This document shows positions 1 to 10,260 of a stretch of DNA of 57,065 nt, in pieces (the first letter of the stretch is position 1; every line of letters begins with the position of its first letter). Origin of the DNA: Thermotogota bacterium (lineage in GTDB: Bacteria; Thermotogota; Thermotogae; Petrotogales; Petrotogaceae); contig JBNJGY010000006.1 of assembly GCA_051748045.1 (NCBI GenBank), forward strand, positions 1 through 57,065. The letters run 5' to 3'. Below the pieces are notes generated by a model that ran no database searches, was not told where the DNA came from, and worked only from the letters and a program-made list of their open reading frames with translations. The position numbers and the translations under genes were made by a program.

Positions 1-85
1 CTTGGAGTACTTTTATATTTTCCTCAGCAAGTCTGTCGAAAGAATTTTTCATAATATCTTTTCTCATTTGTTCTCTTTTCATCAT
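1..85 (-). CDS. 5' end of a hypothetical protein running off the left edge (MMKREQMRKDIMKNSFDRLAEENIKVLQ...)
   Basis: Minus-strand SD AAAGGAGG precedes ATG at 85; frame is open to the window edge; consensus promoter upstream. Confidence 0.7.
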   Translation of the reverse strand, partial: MMKREQMRKDIMKNSFDRLAEENIKVLQ

Positions 86-175
86 TTCAATTCCTCCTTT
101 TGATTTTTTAATATTTGAATAAATTTTTTGTTTAATATCTTTAATTTAAAACTTAATTTTTTTAATTTCATTATT

Positions 176-204
176 ATTATATACCTTATTTTTTTATTTG
201 TCAA
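176..204 (-). promoter_or_regulatory. Consensus sigma70/sigmaA promoter
   Basis: Minus strand TTGACA (204-199), 17-nt spacer, TATAAT (181-176). Confidence 0.75.
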
Positions 205-333
205 GTATAAATTCAATATTTTTTATATTTTTTTTAATATTTTTTATTTTTTGCTAGATTTTATTAAATATTATTATTTTTTATGGTTATTATAGTTATT
301 TTATTAATAATTTTGATGTTTATATTAATATAT

Positions 334-364
334 AAAAAAAGATAAGCTCGAAAGCTTATCTTTT
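334..364 (-). terminator. Rho-independent terminator of the hcpR-OMP transcript
   Basis: AAAAGATAAGCT-CGAA-AGCTTATCTTTT; the A-run at 334-340 gives the U tail on the minus strand. Confidence 0.8.
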
Positions 365-380
365 GTTATTTTTATATAAT

Positions 381-1241
381 TTATTTTATTTCAAATCCCA
401 GAGTGAATGTTGCTGTATTTAAAAAATTATTTGAATAAATCCCTTGTTCTCCAGATTGACTCCAATATGAATTCTCATATTGTGATACACCTTCAGAAGT
501 ACCTCCTAGATATCTAATATTAATAAAAGTATTTAAGGATTCTTTCAATTTAAAACCTATTCTACCAGAAATATCAAAAATTGATCCTGTAAATTCAAAG
601 TCAGCCCCATTAAAAAATTTGCTACTGGCATAAAAACCATCTGAATCTGTTTCTATATAAATTCCATTATCAAAGAAATAAGCTGCTTTTAATTTTATTA
701 TCGGTACTGGTCCTAAGTTTTGATTTACGGTTACTTTACTACCATCATAATTTTCAAATATAATGGATGCATTTCTAAGTTGTAATGATAATCCAGCTGA
801 TAAATAATAATTTTCATCTTCTAAAAAATCATATAAATATGATACTCTCCAAAATGGAAATCCATATTTTACATTCAAAACAGATTCTTCATTAGTTGCA
901 GTTGCGAAAGTTGTATCGTTAAATATCAATTCTTCTCTTTGTTGAACTTTAGTTTCTACTGTCAATGGTTGATATAAGAATACAATATGATGTTTACTAA
1001 AAAGCTCTAAATCAGCTGTAAACCTCTCAAAAGGGAATAATATATCTTGTCCGCCTTGCTCAACAAAATCAAACTCTGTTCCGTTTTCACCAAACTGTAG
1101 AGTGTGACTTAAAACACTTACCCAACCGTTTTCGTATTCAAGATTGAGATTATAAACGTTATTTTCATCATTTAAAAATGTTGAAAAGGACAAAAGCGAA
1201 ATCAATAAAACTGCAACTGTAATTAAAATGGTTTTTTTCAT
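381..1241 (-). CDS. Secreted hypothetical protein, putative outer-membrane beta-barrel
   Basis: Signal-peptide-like MKKTILITVAVLLISLLSFS; aromatic/Gly-rich alternating strands; ends TATFTLGFEIK. Start moved to ATG 1241 using SD GAGGTG. Confidence 0.6.
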   Translation of the reverse strand: MKKTILITVAVLLISLLSFSTFLNDENNVYNLNLEYENGWVSVLSHTLQFGENGTEFDFVEQGGQDILFPFERFTADLELFSKHHIVFLYQPLTVETKVQQREELIFNDTTFATATNEESVLNVKYGFPFWRVSYLYDFLEDENYYLSAGLSLQLRNASIIFENYDGSKVTVNQNLGPVPIIKLKAAYFFDNGIYIETDSDGFYASSKFFNGADFEFTGSIFDISGRIGFKLKESLNTFINIRYLGGTSEGVSQYENSYWSQSGEQGIYSNNFLNTATFTLGFEIK

Positions 1242-1279
1242 AATTATCACCTCTTTATTAATTTATAAAACCATTTTAA

Positions 1280-1975
1280 TTATATCATATCATTATCATG
1301 TTGTTTCAATTTATCTATATTCAATTTAATTCTTTTACCTTCTCTTTTAAAATAGTTATCTTGTTCTAATTTAGAAAAAGCCCTTGATAGTGATGGTCTT
1401 GTTACCCCAAAAAGCATTGACAACTCTTCAATTCTAATAGGCATTTCATACTCAGAACTATGGTTATTTTGATTATAGAGTTGTAATAAATAAAATAATA
1501 TTTTTTCTTTAATAGTTTTTAAAGAAGTCATCCACAGTTTTTGAGATAAGAAATTCATTTTACTTCCTATATGATTTAGTAAGTTTTCTAAAAACTCTTT
1601 TTTCTCGCAAGAAAATTGCAAAAGAGTTTGTTTTTGAATAAAGAGAATACTACTTTTTTTTGTCGTAATTATATCTACTGGTAATATATTATTTTTTTGA
1701 AAAACAAAACCAATAGCTAACATAGTTGGTGATTTTAATTTTTCAATTTGAATAAATTTCCCGTTAAAATCTGACATTTGAGTCTTAACTTCACCATATA
1801 TCAATATCATCAAATGGTCTAATTTTTCACCTCTACTTTTTATCAAACTATCTTTATCATAATCTACTGTTTTAAATGAACTGTCAATAGTTAAACTTTT
1901 TATTTCTTCAATAGTTAAATTTTCAAACAAAGAAATTTTAGAAATTTGATTCAAAACTGGATGTATATTAATCAC
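1280..1975 (-). CDS. hcpR: Crp/Fnr-family transcriptional regulator, HcpR-like
   Basis: N-terminal cNMP-type domain, C-terminal HTH (ELSMLFGVTRPSLSRAFSKL); divergent from the hcp operon. Start codon uncertain. Confidence 0.8.
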   Translation of the reverse strand: MINIHPVLNQISKISLFENLTIEEIKSLTIDSSFKTVDYDKDSLIKSRGEKLDHLMILIYGEVKTQMSDFNGKFIQIEKLKSPTMLAIGFVFQKNNILPVDIITTKKSSILFIQKQTLLQFSCEKKEFLENLLNHIGSKMNFLSQKLWMTSLKTIKEKILFYLLQLYNQNNHSSEYEMPIRIEELSMLFGVTRPSLSRAFSKLEQDNYFKREGKRIKLNIDKLKQHDNDMI

Positions 1976-2019
1976 CTCCTATTTCATATTATACTATATT
2001 AGTCGGTTTTTATAAATTA

Positions 2020-2035
2020 AGTAACATATGTTACT
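2020..2035. promoter_or_regulatory. Palindromic HcpR-type operator
   Basis: Perfect 16-bp palindrome AGTAACATATGTTACT between hcpR and the hcp operon; fits the GTAAC-N4-GTTAC-like HcpR motif. Confidence 0.7.
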
Positions 2036-2090
2036 GTTTTTATTTTAAAAAAATTATAGAATATAAATGAAAATAAAAGGAGGAAATAAA

Positions 2091-3278
2091 ATGAGTGAAT
2101 TATTTAATAAAAATGAATATTTAAAAGAACTTATAATAAAATCAAAAAAAGATAATACTGAACAAATAAAGAAAAAACTAAAAGAAGCTATTAAAAACTT
2201 GTCCGCAGATGAAATTGCAAAAGTTGAACAAGAATTGATCGATAGTGATTCAATAAATGTTGATGACATTCAATCAGTATGTGATGTTCATCTTGAACTT
2301 TTTAGAGACTATATAAAGCAAGAAGATATAAATGTACCTGAATGGCATCCTATAGATATTTTGATGAAAGAACACGATTTTTTACTTTATAAATCTAATA
2401 ATTTAAGAAATTTAGTAAAAGATGTAATTAACAGAAAAGAGTTAGATTTTAATAAGCTTAAAGAAATAGGTAAAACAATAGAAGATATCTCAGACGCAGA
2501 AAATTATTTTATAAAAGAAGAAAATGTACTTTTTCCTTACTTAGAAAAATATGGAATAGAACAACCACCTGCAATAATGTGGAAAGAACATGATCAATTG
2601 AGAGAATTAATTAAAGATATCAAAAATACTTTAGATAAAAGAGATATGAAAGTATTAAATGATGATTTCTTAAAAAAGATTATTGTTTTAAATGAAATGT
2701 TTGCAAATCATATTTATAAAGAGCATTCTGTTTTATTCCCAACAGCTTTAAAGCTTTTAGAAGAACAAGAATGGTATGACGTAAGAAATCAGTTTGATGA
2801 TTTTAAATATATTGCCCACGAACCTGAAAAATTAGATATTAAAAGAGAAGAAGTTACTGAAATAAGTGGTGGTTCATTGAAATTGCCTTCAGGTTCTTTT
2901 AACGCTGAAGAATTAATGAGCGTTTTAAATACAATACCCTTTGATATAACTTTTGTTGATGCGAATGATAGAGTGAAGTATTTTTCTGAAGGAAAAGAAA
3001 GGTTTTTCCCAAGAAGTCGGGCTATCATAGGAAGAAAAGTTGAAAACTGCCACCCAAAAAAATCAGTTGATATAGTAGAAAAAATAGTATCTGATTTTAA
3101 GTCAGGAAAAAGAGATAATGCTGATTTTTGGATAAAATTAGGCGATAATTTTGTTTATATTAGATATTTTGCAGTTAGAAACCCAGATGGTGAATATCTT
3201 GGAACTGTTGAAGTGGCTCAGGATATAAAACCTATCCAAGAAATTGAAGGAGAAAAAAGAATTTACGACGAAAAATAA
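2091..3278 (+). CDS. DUF438 / hemerythrin-like / PAS domain protein
   Basis: CDVH motif; [10 protein letters not shown]...KEENVLFP...EHD...HIYKEH hemerythrin-like pattern; C-terminal PAS (FDITFVD...[11 protein letters not shown]). SD AGGAGG before ATG 2091. Confidence 0.8.
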   Translation: MSELFNKNEYLKELIIKSKKDNTEQIKKKLKEAIKNLSADEIAKVEQELIDSDSINVDDIQSVCDVHLELFRDYIKQEDINVPEWHPIDILMKEHDFLLYKSNNLRNLVKDVINRKELDFNKLKEIGKTIEDISDAENYFIKEENVLFPYLEKYGIEQPPAIMWKEHDQLRELIKDIKNTLDKRDMKVLNDDFLKKIIVLNEMFANHIYKEHSVLFPTALKLLEEQEWYDVRNQFDDFKYIAHEPEKLDIKREEVTEISGGSLKLPSGSFNAEELMSVLNTIPFDITFVDANDRVKYFSEGKERFFPRSRAIIGRKVENCHPKKSVDIVEKIVSDFKSGKRDNADFWIKLGDNFVYIRYFAVRNPDGEYLGTVEVAQDIKPIQEIEGEKRIYDEK

Positions 3279-3309
3279 AAATCATAATTTTATGGAGGTG
3301 TTTGTTTCT

Positions 3310-4974
3310 ATGAACATGTTTTGTTATCAATGTGAAGAAGCAGCAAAAAACGAAGGTTGTACAGTTGTAGGAATGTGTGGTAAACCAGCAGATGTAGCTA
3401 ATTTACAAGATATGCTAATTTGGTCATTGAAAGGATTATCTTACTGGTTATTAAAAGGTAAAGATCTTGGAATAGTTGATGAAGAAAAAGATCTTTATGT
3501 AGCAGAAGGTTTATTTTCTACAATTACAAATGCTAATTTCTCATCTCAAAGAATAACTGAATATATAGAAAAAGCTTTAAAGTTTAGAGATGATGCGAAA
3601 GAGAAATTTTTATCTAAATATCAAGAAAAAAATGGTTCACCATTCTCTGAAGAAGTTCCAGAAGCTGCAACATGGAATAAAAAAGGTGGAATGGATATTT
3701 ATGAATTGAAAGGTTCAGAAGTTGGGGTACATGTAAAAGAAAATGAAGATATAAAATCATTAAAAGAATTTCTAACTTATGGAATTAAAGGTATCGCTGC
3801 ATATGCAGATCATGCTTATGTATTAAATTTTTCAAATGATGACATATTAGCTTTCATTGAAAAGGGATTGACCGAAACATTAAGATCAGATATAACTGTT
3901 GACGAACTAATAGGCTTAGTAATGGAAGCTGGTAAAGTTGCTGTAGATACCATGGCATTACTAGATGAAGCAAATACAACAACATATGGAAATCCTGAAA
4001 TTACTAAAGTATTTACTGGAATTCATAAAGCTCCTGGTATATTGATATCAGGTCACGATTTATTAGACCTTGAAGAATTATTAAAACAAACAGAGGGTAC
4101 TGGTGTAAAAGTATATACTCATGGTGAAATGCTTCCTGCAAATGCTTATCCTGAACTGAAAAAATACAAACATCTAGCTGGTAATTGGGGAGGATCATGG
4201 TGGAGACAAAAAGAAGAATTCGAAGAATTCGGGGGCCCAATCCTTATGACAACAAATTGTTTAGTTCCCCCAAAGGAAAGCTACAAAGATAGAGTTTTCA
4301 CTACAGGTTTAGTTGGATTTGATGATGTATCTCATATACCAAATAGAGTAGATGGTAAACCAAAAGATTTCTCTAATATTATTGAGAAAGCAAAAGAAAT
4401 AGGAAATTTAACAGAAAGAGATGGTAAAGAATTAACTATAGGTTTTGCTCACAACCAAATAGCTCAAGTTACTGATAAAGTTATAGAGGCTATTAAAAAT
4501 GGAGATATAAAGAAATTCTTCGTAATGGGTGGTTGTGATGGTAGACATAAAGAAAGAGAATACTACACAGATTTCGCTGCTCAATTACCAAAAGATAATG
4601 TGATTTTAACAGCTGGTTGTGCAAAATATAGATATAATAAATTAGATCTTGGAGATATAGGCGGTATACCAAGAGTCTTAGATGCTGGCCAATGTAATGA
4701 CTCATACTCATTAGCAGTTACAGCCTTAAAACTAAAAGAAGCTTTTGAATTAGATGATATAAATGATTTACCAATTGAATACAACATTGCTTGGTATGAA
4801 CAAAAAGCTGTTACTGTATTACTAGCACTTCTTTATTTAGGAGTAAAAGGTATAAAATTAGGTCCAAAGCTACCAGCATTTTTATCAGAAAATGTAGCAA
4901 AAGTAGTTATTGAAAAATTCGAATTAACCACAATAAATTCTGTTGAAGAAGACATAGAATCAATGACAAAATAA
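3310..4974 (+). CDS. hcp: Hybrid cluster protein (hydroxylamine/NO reductase)
   Basis: MFCYQCEE...GC...GMCGK (C-x2-C-x8-C-x5-C), SGHDL, THGEMLP, GGCDG, GQCND, WYEQKA. SD GGAGGTG before ATG 3310. Confidence 0.96.
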   Translation: MNMFCYQCEEAAKNEGCTVVGMCGKPADVANLQDMLIWSLKGLSYWLLKGKDLGIVDEEKDLYVAEGLFSTITNANFSSQRITEYIEKALKFRDDAKEKFLSKYQEKNGSPFSEEVPEAATWNKKGGMDIYELKGSEVGVHVKENEDIKSLKEFLTYGIKGIAAYADHAYVLNFSNDDILAFIEKGLTETLRSDITVDELIGLVMEAGKVAVDTMALLDEANTTTYGNPEITKVFTGIHKAPGILISGHDLLDLEELLKQTEGTGVKVYTHGEMLPANAYPELKKYKHLAGNWGGSWWRQKEEFEEFGGPILMTTNCLVPPKESYKDRVFTTGLVGFDDVSHIPNRVDGKPKDFSNIIEKAKEIGNLTERDGKELTIGFAHNQIAQVTDKVIEAIKNGDIKKFFVMGGCDGRHKEREYYTDFAAQLPKDNVILTAGCAKYRYNKLDLGDIGGIPRVLDAGQCNDSYSLAVTALKLKEAFELDDINDLPIEYNIAWYEQKAVTVLLALLYLGVKGIKLGPKLPAFLSENVAKVVIEKFELTTINSVEEDIESMTK

Positions 4975-4979
4975 CATAT

Positions 4980-5015
4980 AAAAAGAGGAGCTATACAAAG
5001 ATAGCTCCTCTTTTT
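4980..5015. terminator. Bidirectional terminator between hcp and the HD-GYP gene
   Basis: AAAAAGAGGAGCTAT-ACAAAG-ATAGCTCCTCTTTTT between convergent genes. Confidence 0.85.
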
Positions 5016-5019
5016 ATTT

Positions 5020-7251
5020 TTAAAAATTATTCCATAAATCATCTATTTCATTTTCATGATTATTTATTATTTCTAATATTTCCGGATTAAAGTGTTTTCT
5101 ATTAGTTCTTTCGCCATCACTAAAAATAATTTCAAGCGATTTCTCGTGGCTATATGCATTTTTATAAGGCCTTTTTGACCTTAAAGCATCATAGACATCT
5201 ACAATTGCTACAATTTGAGCTTCAATTGGTATTTCATTTTCTTTCATTCCATTAGGGTATCCAGTCCCATCATACTTTTCATGATGGAATAGGGCAATAT
5301 TTAAAGCTACTTCAAACTTTTTATCTCCTTCTAATAAACGTTTTGCTAAAATTGTATGTTTTTTCATTATTTCCCATTCTTCTTCAGTTAATTTTCCATT
5401 TTTCTTCAAAATACTATTTGGGATAAATATTTTTCCTATGTCATGCAAAGGTGCAAAATCTTCTATTTCTCTTATTTTTTCTTCTTTTAAACCTAATTTT
5501 TCTGCTATAAAAGCTGACATCTTTCCAACTCTTATTATATGATTTCCAGTTTCATGATCATGAGCTTCAGCTATTGTTGCTAATTTATTCGCAAAATTTT
5601 TATAAGAATTTCTAATATCTTCTCCATAATTTTTTGTAGATAAATACAATTCTATTATTTCAGAGAAAAAGTTTGCAAATTTAATTGTTTCTTCAGAAAA
5701 TTCTTTATTGGGTTCTAAAATATTCAAAGTAATCGCACCATATCTTTTATGATTACTTTTTATCGGTATATATAGAGAATACGCAACAGGATAAATCAAT
5801 TCTTTTAGTTTTTCGTATTTTTCTTCTGGTATGTTAGTATATTTAATTGTTCTTATTTCTGGATTATTACCTTTAATAATTGTTATTCCATCCAATCCTA
5901 CATAATTATCAGTTGAAATTTCCAAATTATTTATTTTTTCAATTTCATATCCTTTTGCATCGACTACTCTTAGAAAGTCATAATCTAACCTTATCAGTAA
6001 CCCAGTATCTGAAACAGGTATGAAATCAAACATCATATTAAATATTTCAGAAAAAATTTCATCATCTTTTTTATAGTTTTTTATTTCCACTACTAGTTTG
6101 GTCAATTTATTCATTTTCTCAATTAAGTGCTCATTGTTTTTATAATATTCCTCTAATTGTTCATTCATAGCTTTTAAAACTTCAAAACTGGCGTTAATTT
6201 CTTTTGAAAGAGCCATATACCTTTTTGATATGATATCTATTTCATTAATTCCAGTATAAGTATAATCAAGTTGTGAATCACTTTCCTTTTTAAAAAAAGT
6301 CATATCTTTCGCGATATCAGAAACCACTGAGCTAGATTTATTAATTTCTTTCAAGATTTGATTTCTTAAATATTTTAAATAAAAAATTAGAAATACAATA
6401 GAAATTATTACTACAGATAAAACACCTAAAATATAATTATTAGTAATATTAAACAAAATATACTTATTACCATATTCTGATTTAATTGTATAATAATATT
6501 CGTCCTCAAATAATCCTTTATTTAAAACCAATTCTTGAGATATAAGAGATTCTTTAAAAAACTCTTTTTGTTTATCAGTTACATCTCTTTCTGTATTTAA
6601 AATTGAGATAAAGTAAGAACTAAAAATATTTATATCTACAATTCTATTATTCAAATTTTCTTTTAAATCTTCATAAAACAGATGTATGTTTTCAAAAGAT
6701 AACCCTAATTCAAATATATCTCCATTATTTAGCTTTAAGTATGAATACAATCTATTTCTACCTGTTCTTATTTCTTCAGCTATAGTATCCAAATAAACTT
6801 CACCAGGATTTAAATTGATTAATTTATCCCAAAGATCTGCGGCATTTTTTATGTCTACCCCTATATCTTTTTCAAAATCTGATTCATATATAATTCCATT
6901 TTTATTTATATAATAATAATTTACATCTTCGACTATCAATTCTTCTTTATTAGAAGAACTAAGATAATCATCAGCATAGAGCATGAATTCTTTGATGTTA
7001 CCTTCCCAATCATTATAAAAGGTAGATAATAAATCTGAAAGAAGTTCATTGTAATGCTCTTCAGATTCTAAAAAAAAGTATTTTGTTTGTTGCGTTAAAT
7101 AATTTGTTAATGTTTTTACATTAGATCTTTCTAAAATATCATTTCTTATTATGAAAAAAGATAAAACTAAAGTAATTAATATTAAAAAGCTAATTATAAC
7201 TATTGTACAAATTTTTATAATCTTTGACCTTATAAATTCTTTTAATTTCAT
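5020..7251 (-). CDS. Membrane-anchored HD-GYP cyclic-dinucleotide phosphodiesterase (extracytoplasmic sensor, coiled coil, GAF-like, HD-GYP)
   Basis: Two TM segments flank a sensor region; LHDIGK, HHEKYDGTGYP, DVYDAL motifs. Confidence 0.85.
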   Translation of the reverse strand: MKLKEFIRSKIIKICTIVIISFLILITLVLSFFIIRNDILERSNVKTLTNYLTQQTKYFFLESEEHYNELLSDLLSTFYNDWEGNIKEFMLYADDYLSSSNKEELIVEDVNYYYINKNGIIYESDFEKDIGVDIKNAADLWDKLINLNPGEVYLDTIAEEIRTGRNRLYSYLKLNNGDIFELGLSFENIHLFYEDLKENLNNRIVDINIFSSYFISILNTERDVTDKQKEFFKESLISQELVLNKGLFEDEYYYTIKSEYGNKYILFNITNNYILGVLSVVIISIVFLIFYLKYLRNQILKEINKSSSVVSDIAKDMTFFKKESDSQLDYTYTGINEIDIISKRYMALSKEINASFEVLKAMNEQLEEYYKNNEHLIEKMNKLTKLVVEIKNYKKDDEIFSEIFNMMFDFIPVSDTGLLIRLDYDFLRVVDAKGYEIEKINNLEISTDNYVGLDGITIIKGNNPEIRTIKYTNIPEEKYEKLKELIYPVAYSLYIPIKSNHKRYGAITLNILEPNKEFSEETIKFANFFSEIIELYLSTKNYGEDIRNSYKNFANKLATIAEAHDHETGNHIIRVGKMSAFIAEKLGLKEEKIREIEDFAPLHDIGKIFIPNSILKKNGKLTEEEWEIMKKHTILAKRLLEGDKKFEVALNIALFHHEKYDGTGYPNGMKENEIPIEAQIVAIVDVYDALRSKRPYKNAYSHEKSLEIIFSDGERTNRKHFNPEILEIINNHENEIDDLWNNF

Positions 7252-7352
7252 ATTAAAAACCTCTTTTATTGAGTATAAATTAATTATACCATTTTAATAA
7301 ACCTATATAAAATAATCTGTTATAATTATTAAAAAGGAAGGAGATGATTTAA

Positions 7353-8237
7353 TTGGAAATATTTTTTAATTATACAGAAGAAACTTTAGGAGTACCAAAA
7401 GAAATTACATCAAATATTTTTTCCACAATTATTTTATTTTTTATAATATTCATAATCAAAATATTAGTTGATAAAATAATAGAAAAAAATATTAATACAT
7501 CTAAATTAAAATATACTCTTGAAAAAACATTGAATTATATACTTTATGGCATATCATTTATTATTTTAATAAGAATTTGGTTTAATGGATTTCAAGGTTT
7601 TTCCACTTTCATAGGTTTATTCACTGCTGGACTTGCAATAGCTTTAAAAGACCTTATTATAAACATAGCTGCTTGGATGTTTATAATTTGGCGTTCACCT
7701 TTTAAAATAGGAGATAGAATAGAAATTGATGGTCATAAAGGTGATGTTGTGGATATAAGAATTTTTAATTTTACTATAATGGAAATTGGAAATTGGGTTG
7801 ATGCTGATCAACATTCTGGAAGACTATTGCATTTACCAAATAAATTTGTTTTTGATAAAACACTGTCTAACTACGATATAGGATTTAGTTTCATATTCCA
7901 AGAAAACAAAATTTTAATAACCTTTGAATCTGATTGGAAAAAAGCAAAACAAATTCTTTTAGATATTTTAAGAATACATTTCAAAGAATTTTATGAAAAT
8001 ACCTCTGATCAATTCAAGATAAATGCAAAAAAATATTTTATAGATAACTCAAATTTCAAGCCTGATGTATTTACAACTGTCTTAGATTCCGGGGTACTCT
8101 TAACTATGAGATACTATTGTAATCCGAGAGATAGAAGAAAAATGGATATGAAAATTTGGGAATCAGTTTTGAATGAATTTGACAAAAATGAAAATATAGA
8201 CCTCGCATACCCTACATATAGAATATACAAACAATAA
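7353..8237 (+). CDS. Small-conductance mechanosensitive channel (MscS family)
   Basis: N-terminal TM helices, GLAIAL, PFKIGDRIEIDGHKGDVVDI. Confidence 0.9.
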   Translation: MEIFFNYTEETLGVPKEITSNIFSTIILFFIIFIIKILVDKIIEKNINTSKLKYTLEKTLNYILYGISFIILIRIWFNGFQGFSTFIGLFTAGLAIALKDLIINIAAWMFIIWRSPFKIGDRIEIDGHKGDVVDIRIFNFTIMEIGNWVDADQHSGRLLHLPNKFVFDKTLSNYDIGFSFIFQENKILITFESDWKKAKQILLDILRIHFKEFYENTSDQFKINAKKYFIDNSNFKPDVFTTVLDSGVLLTMRYYCNPRDRRKMDMKIWESVLNEFDKNENIDLAYPTYRIYKQ

Positions 8238-8252
8238 AAAAGTTTTTCTAAA

Positions 8253-8293
8253 AATTAACTGCTCCTTGTCTAGAAGACAAGGAGCAGTTAATT
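8253..8293. terminator. 19-bp stem hairpin between convergent mscS and HD-GYP genes
   Basis: AATTAACTGCTCCTTGTCT-AGA-AGACAAGGAGCAGTTAATT. Confidence 0.7.
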
Positions 8294-8298
8294 ATATT

Positions 8299-10248
8299 TC
8301 AACTATTATTTAAGTATTCTATGAATTTTTCAACTAATTCTTTATCAAATTGTTTATCTTTGTTTTTAATCAATTCATTTAAAGCTAACTCTTTATCCAA
8401 AGCTTTTCTATAAGACCTATCTCTTGTCATTGCATCCCATGTATCAACAAGACACAAAATTTTAGATTCTAATGGAATTTGTCCATCTTTTAAATTGTCT
8501 GGATAACCTTTACCATCTATTCTTTCATGATGATGTTTTACAATATGAGAAATATCTCTTAAATTATCAATTTCATTTAATACTTCAAAAGCATAAACAG
8601 GATGTTTCTTAATTAAATCATATTCATCATGAGTTAATTTTGACGGTTTATTTAAGACATCTTGAGGAATAATTATCTTACCAACGTCATGAACCATTCC
8701 TGCCCAATAAATTTTGTTGTTAAATTCAGAATTATGTCCTAAAAATTTACTGAAATCCTCAGCTAAATTCGCTACATTCTGAGAATGTCCTCTAGTATAT
8801 GTATCATGATGCTCCATCATCTTAATTAAAGCAACTATAATTTGTTTTTGAATATTTGATTCAAACTCATTCATATTTTTTATAGTGAGAAAAAGGCTAA
8901 TTAATTTAGAATAATAAACAGCAATTCTAAAGGATTCATTTGAAAATTCTGAATCTCCTCTACTATGTAAAACCAAATTACCAATTTGTTTTTTATAACC
9001 AAGCAATGGAATGTATAAAGATTCATTAACACTTCCAACTAATTCAGACAGAGTTTGATTATCTCTCTTACTTAATTTATCATGATGTATGGTTTTTATA
9101 TTTTTTGATTTAAATACATTTTTATAGGTAATATAGTTATTTATATTTAATTTAATAGAATTAAGTTTGGTTTTATCGATGTTTCTAGAACATATATATT
9201 CTACATCATTGCCTTTTATAAGACCTAATACTCCTGAAGAAGATTCTGGAATAAGGCTATAAAGATTATCAAATGCATTTTTCAAAAAATCTTCTTCGTT
9301 TTCTTCATCTAATATTTCTGATGTTTCATCTAATAAAAGATTCATTTTTTCTATTATCATACTATTCTCTGAATTTAGTGATTCAATTTCTTCGTTCAAC
9401 CCCTGAAGTTCTTGAATATATGCAGTTAACTCTTCACTTAAATCTGAAAAAGAATTATCTATTTCAGAAATTTCTTTTATCCTAGTTTCATTATTTTTAT
9501 TCACTATTTCCATATTATTTGCAAAATATTTCATTTTATCGTTTAAGTTAGATAGTGGTTTGGTAATTTTTTTAGAAATATAAAACAATAATGGAATCAT
9601 TAATATTGTTAAAATTATACCTGTAATAATAAAAGAATTTCTACTTTCATCAAAATATACGCTCAAATCTTTTTCATAGGTAGTTGCAACTACTACCCAT
9701 TCCCAAGGTTCAAAATATTTTATATAACTAATTTTTTCTCCTATTTTATTAGGGTCATTCGGATACTGCCAATTATAAGTATAAAATCCACTTCCTTTTT
9801 CAAGGGCCATTTCAATTTGTTCTCTAACTAGATACCTGGAATCATCCAGTGGATCAGTAACATCATACACATTTTGACCCTCTAACCTAGGATGCATTAT
9901 TTCATCTCCTTGAAGAGAATAAATAATAAAATATCCATTATCACCTAAATAAAAGTTAGATTCCATTGTTCTAGAACCATCATCCATTTTTTCACCTGAT
10001 AAAATATTTTTTACTTGTTCTTTAGCTTCTTTAAAATCTAAGCCTCTGTTTTTATAACCTTCATGCTTCATTTCTATTACAGTGTAAGCATGCATAACAG
10101 CATTTTTCAATATCAGCTCTCTTTGAGTTTCCATTTGTTTATTATGAAAAATATTATTGAAAAATAGTATTATAAAAACAAAAATGGATAATATTAATAT
10201 AAAACTTATAAAAAATATAGTTCTAATAGAAAATTTACTATCCAACAT
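8299..10248 (-). CDS. Cache-HAMP-GAF-like-HD-GYP phosphodiesterase
   Basis: Cache domain (GYFIIY...MHP...YFEPWEWVV), HAMP (ITKPL), HDVGK, HHERIDGKGYP. Confidence 0.87.
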   Translation of the reverse strand: MLDSKFSIRTIFFISFILILSIFVFIILFFNNIFHNKQMETQRELILKNAVMHAYTVIEMKHEGYKNRGLDFKEAKEQVKNILSGEKMDDGSRTMESNFYLGDNGYFIIYSLQGDEIMHPRLEGQNVYDVTDPLDDSRYLVREQIEMALEKGSGFYTYNWQYPNDPNKIGEKISYIKYFEPWEWVVVATTYEKDLSVYFDESRNSFIITGIILTILMIPLLFYISKKITKPLSNLNDKMKYFANNMEIVNKNNETRIKEISEIDNSFSDLSEELTAYIQELQGLNEEIESLNSENSMIIEKMNLLLDETSEILDEENEEDFLKNAFDNLYSLIPESSSGVLGLIKGNDVEYICSRNIDKTKLNSIKLNINNYITYKNVFKSKNIKTIHHDKLSKRDNQTLSELVGSVNESLYIPLLGYKKQIGNLVLHSRGDSEFSNESFRIAVYYSKLISLFLTIKNMNEFESNIQKQIIVALIKMMEHHDTYTRGHSQNVANLAEDFSKFLGHNSEFNNKIYWAGMVHDVGKIIIPQDVLNKPSKLTHDEYDLIKKHPVYAFEVLNEIDNLRDISHIVKHHHERIDGKGYPDNLKDGQIPLESKILCLVDTWDAMTRDRSYRKALDKELALNELIKNKDKQFDKELVEKFIEYLNNS

Positions 10249-10260
10249 GAAAAATCACCC

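Noticed and set aside
8253-8293. Long inverted repeat as a MITE/REP element
   Set aside because: Only one copy seen in the window, no target-site duplication, and its position between convergent genes fits a terminator.
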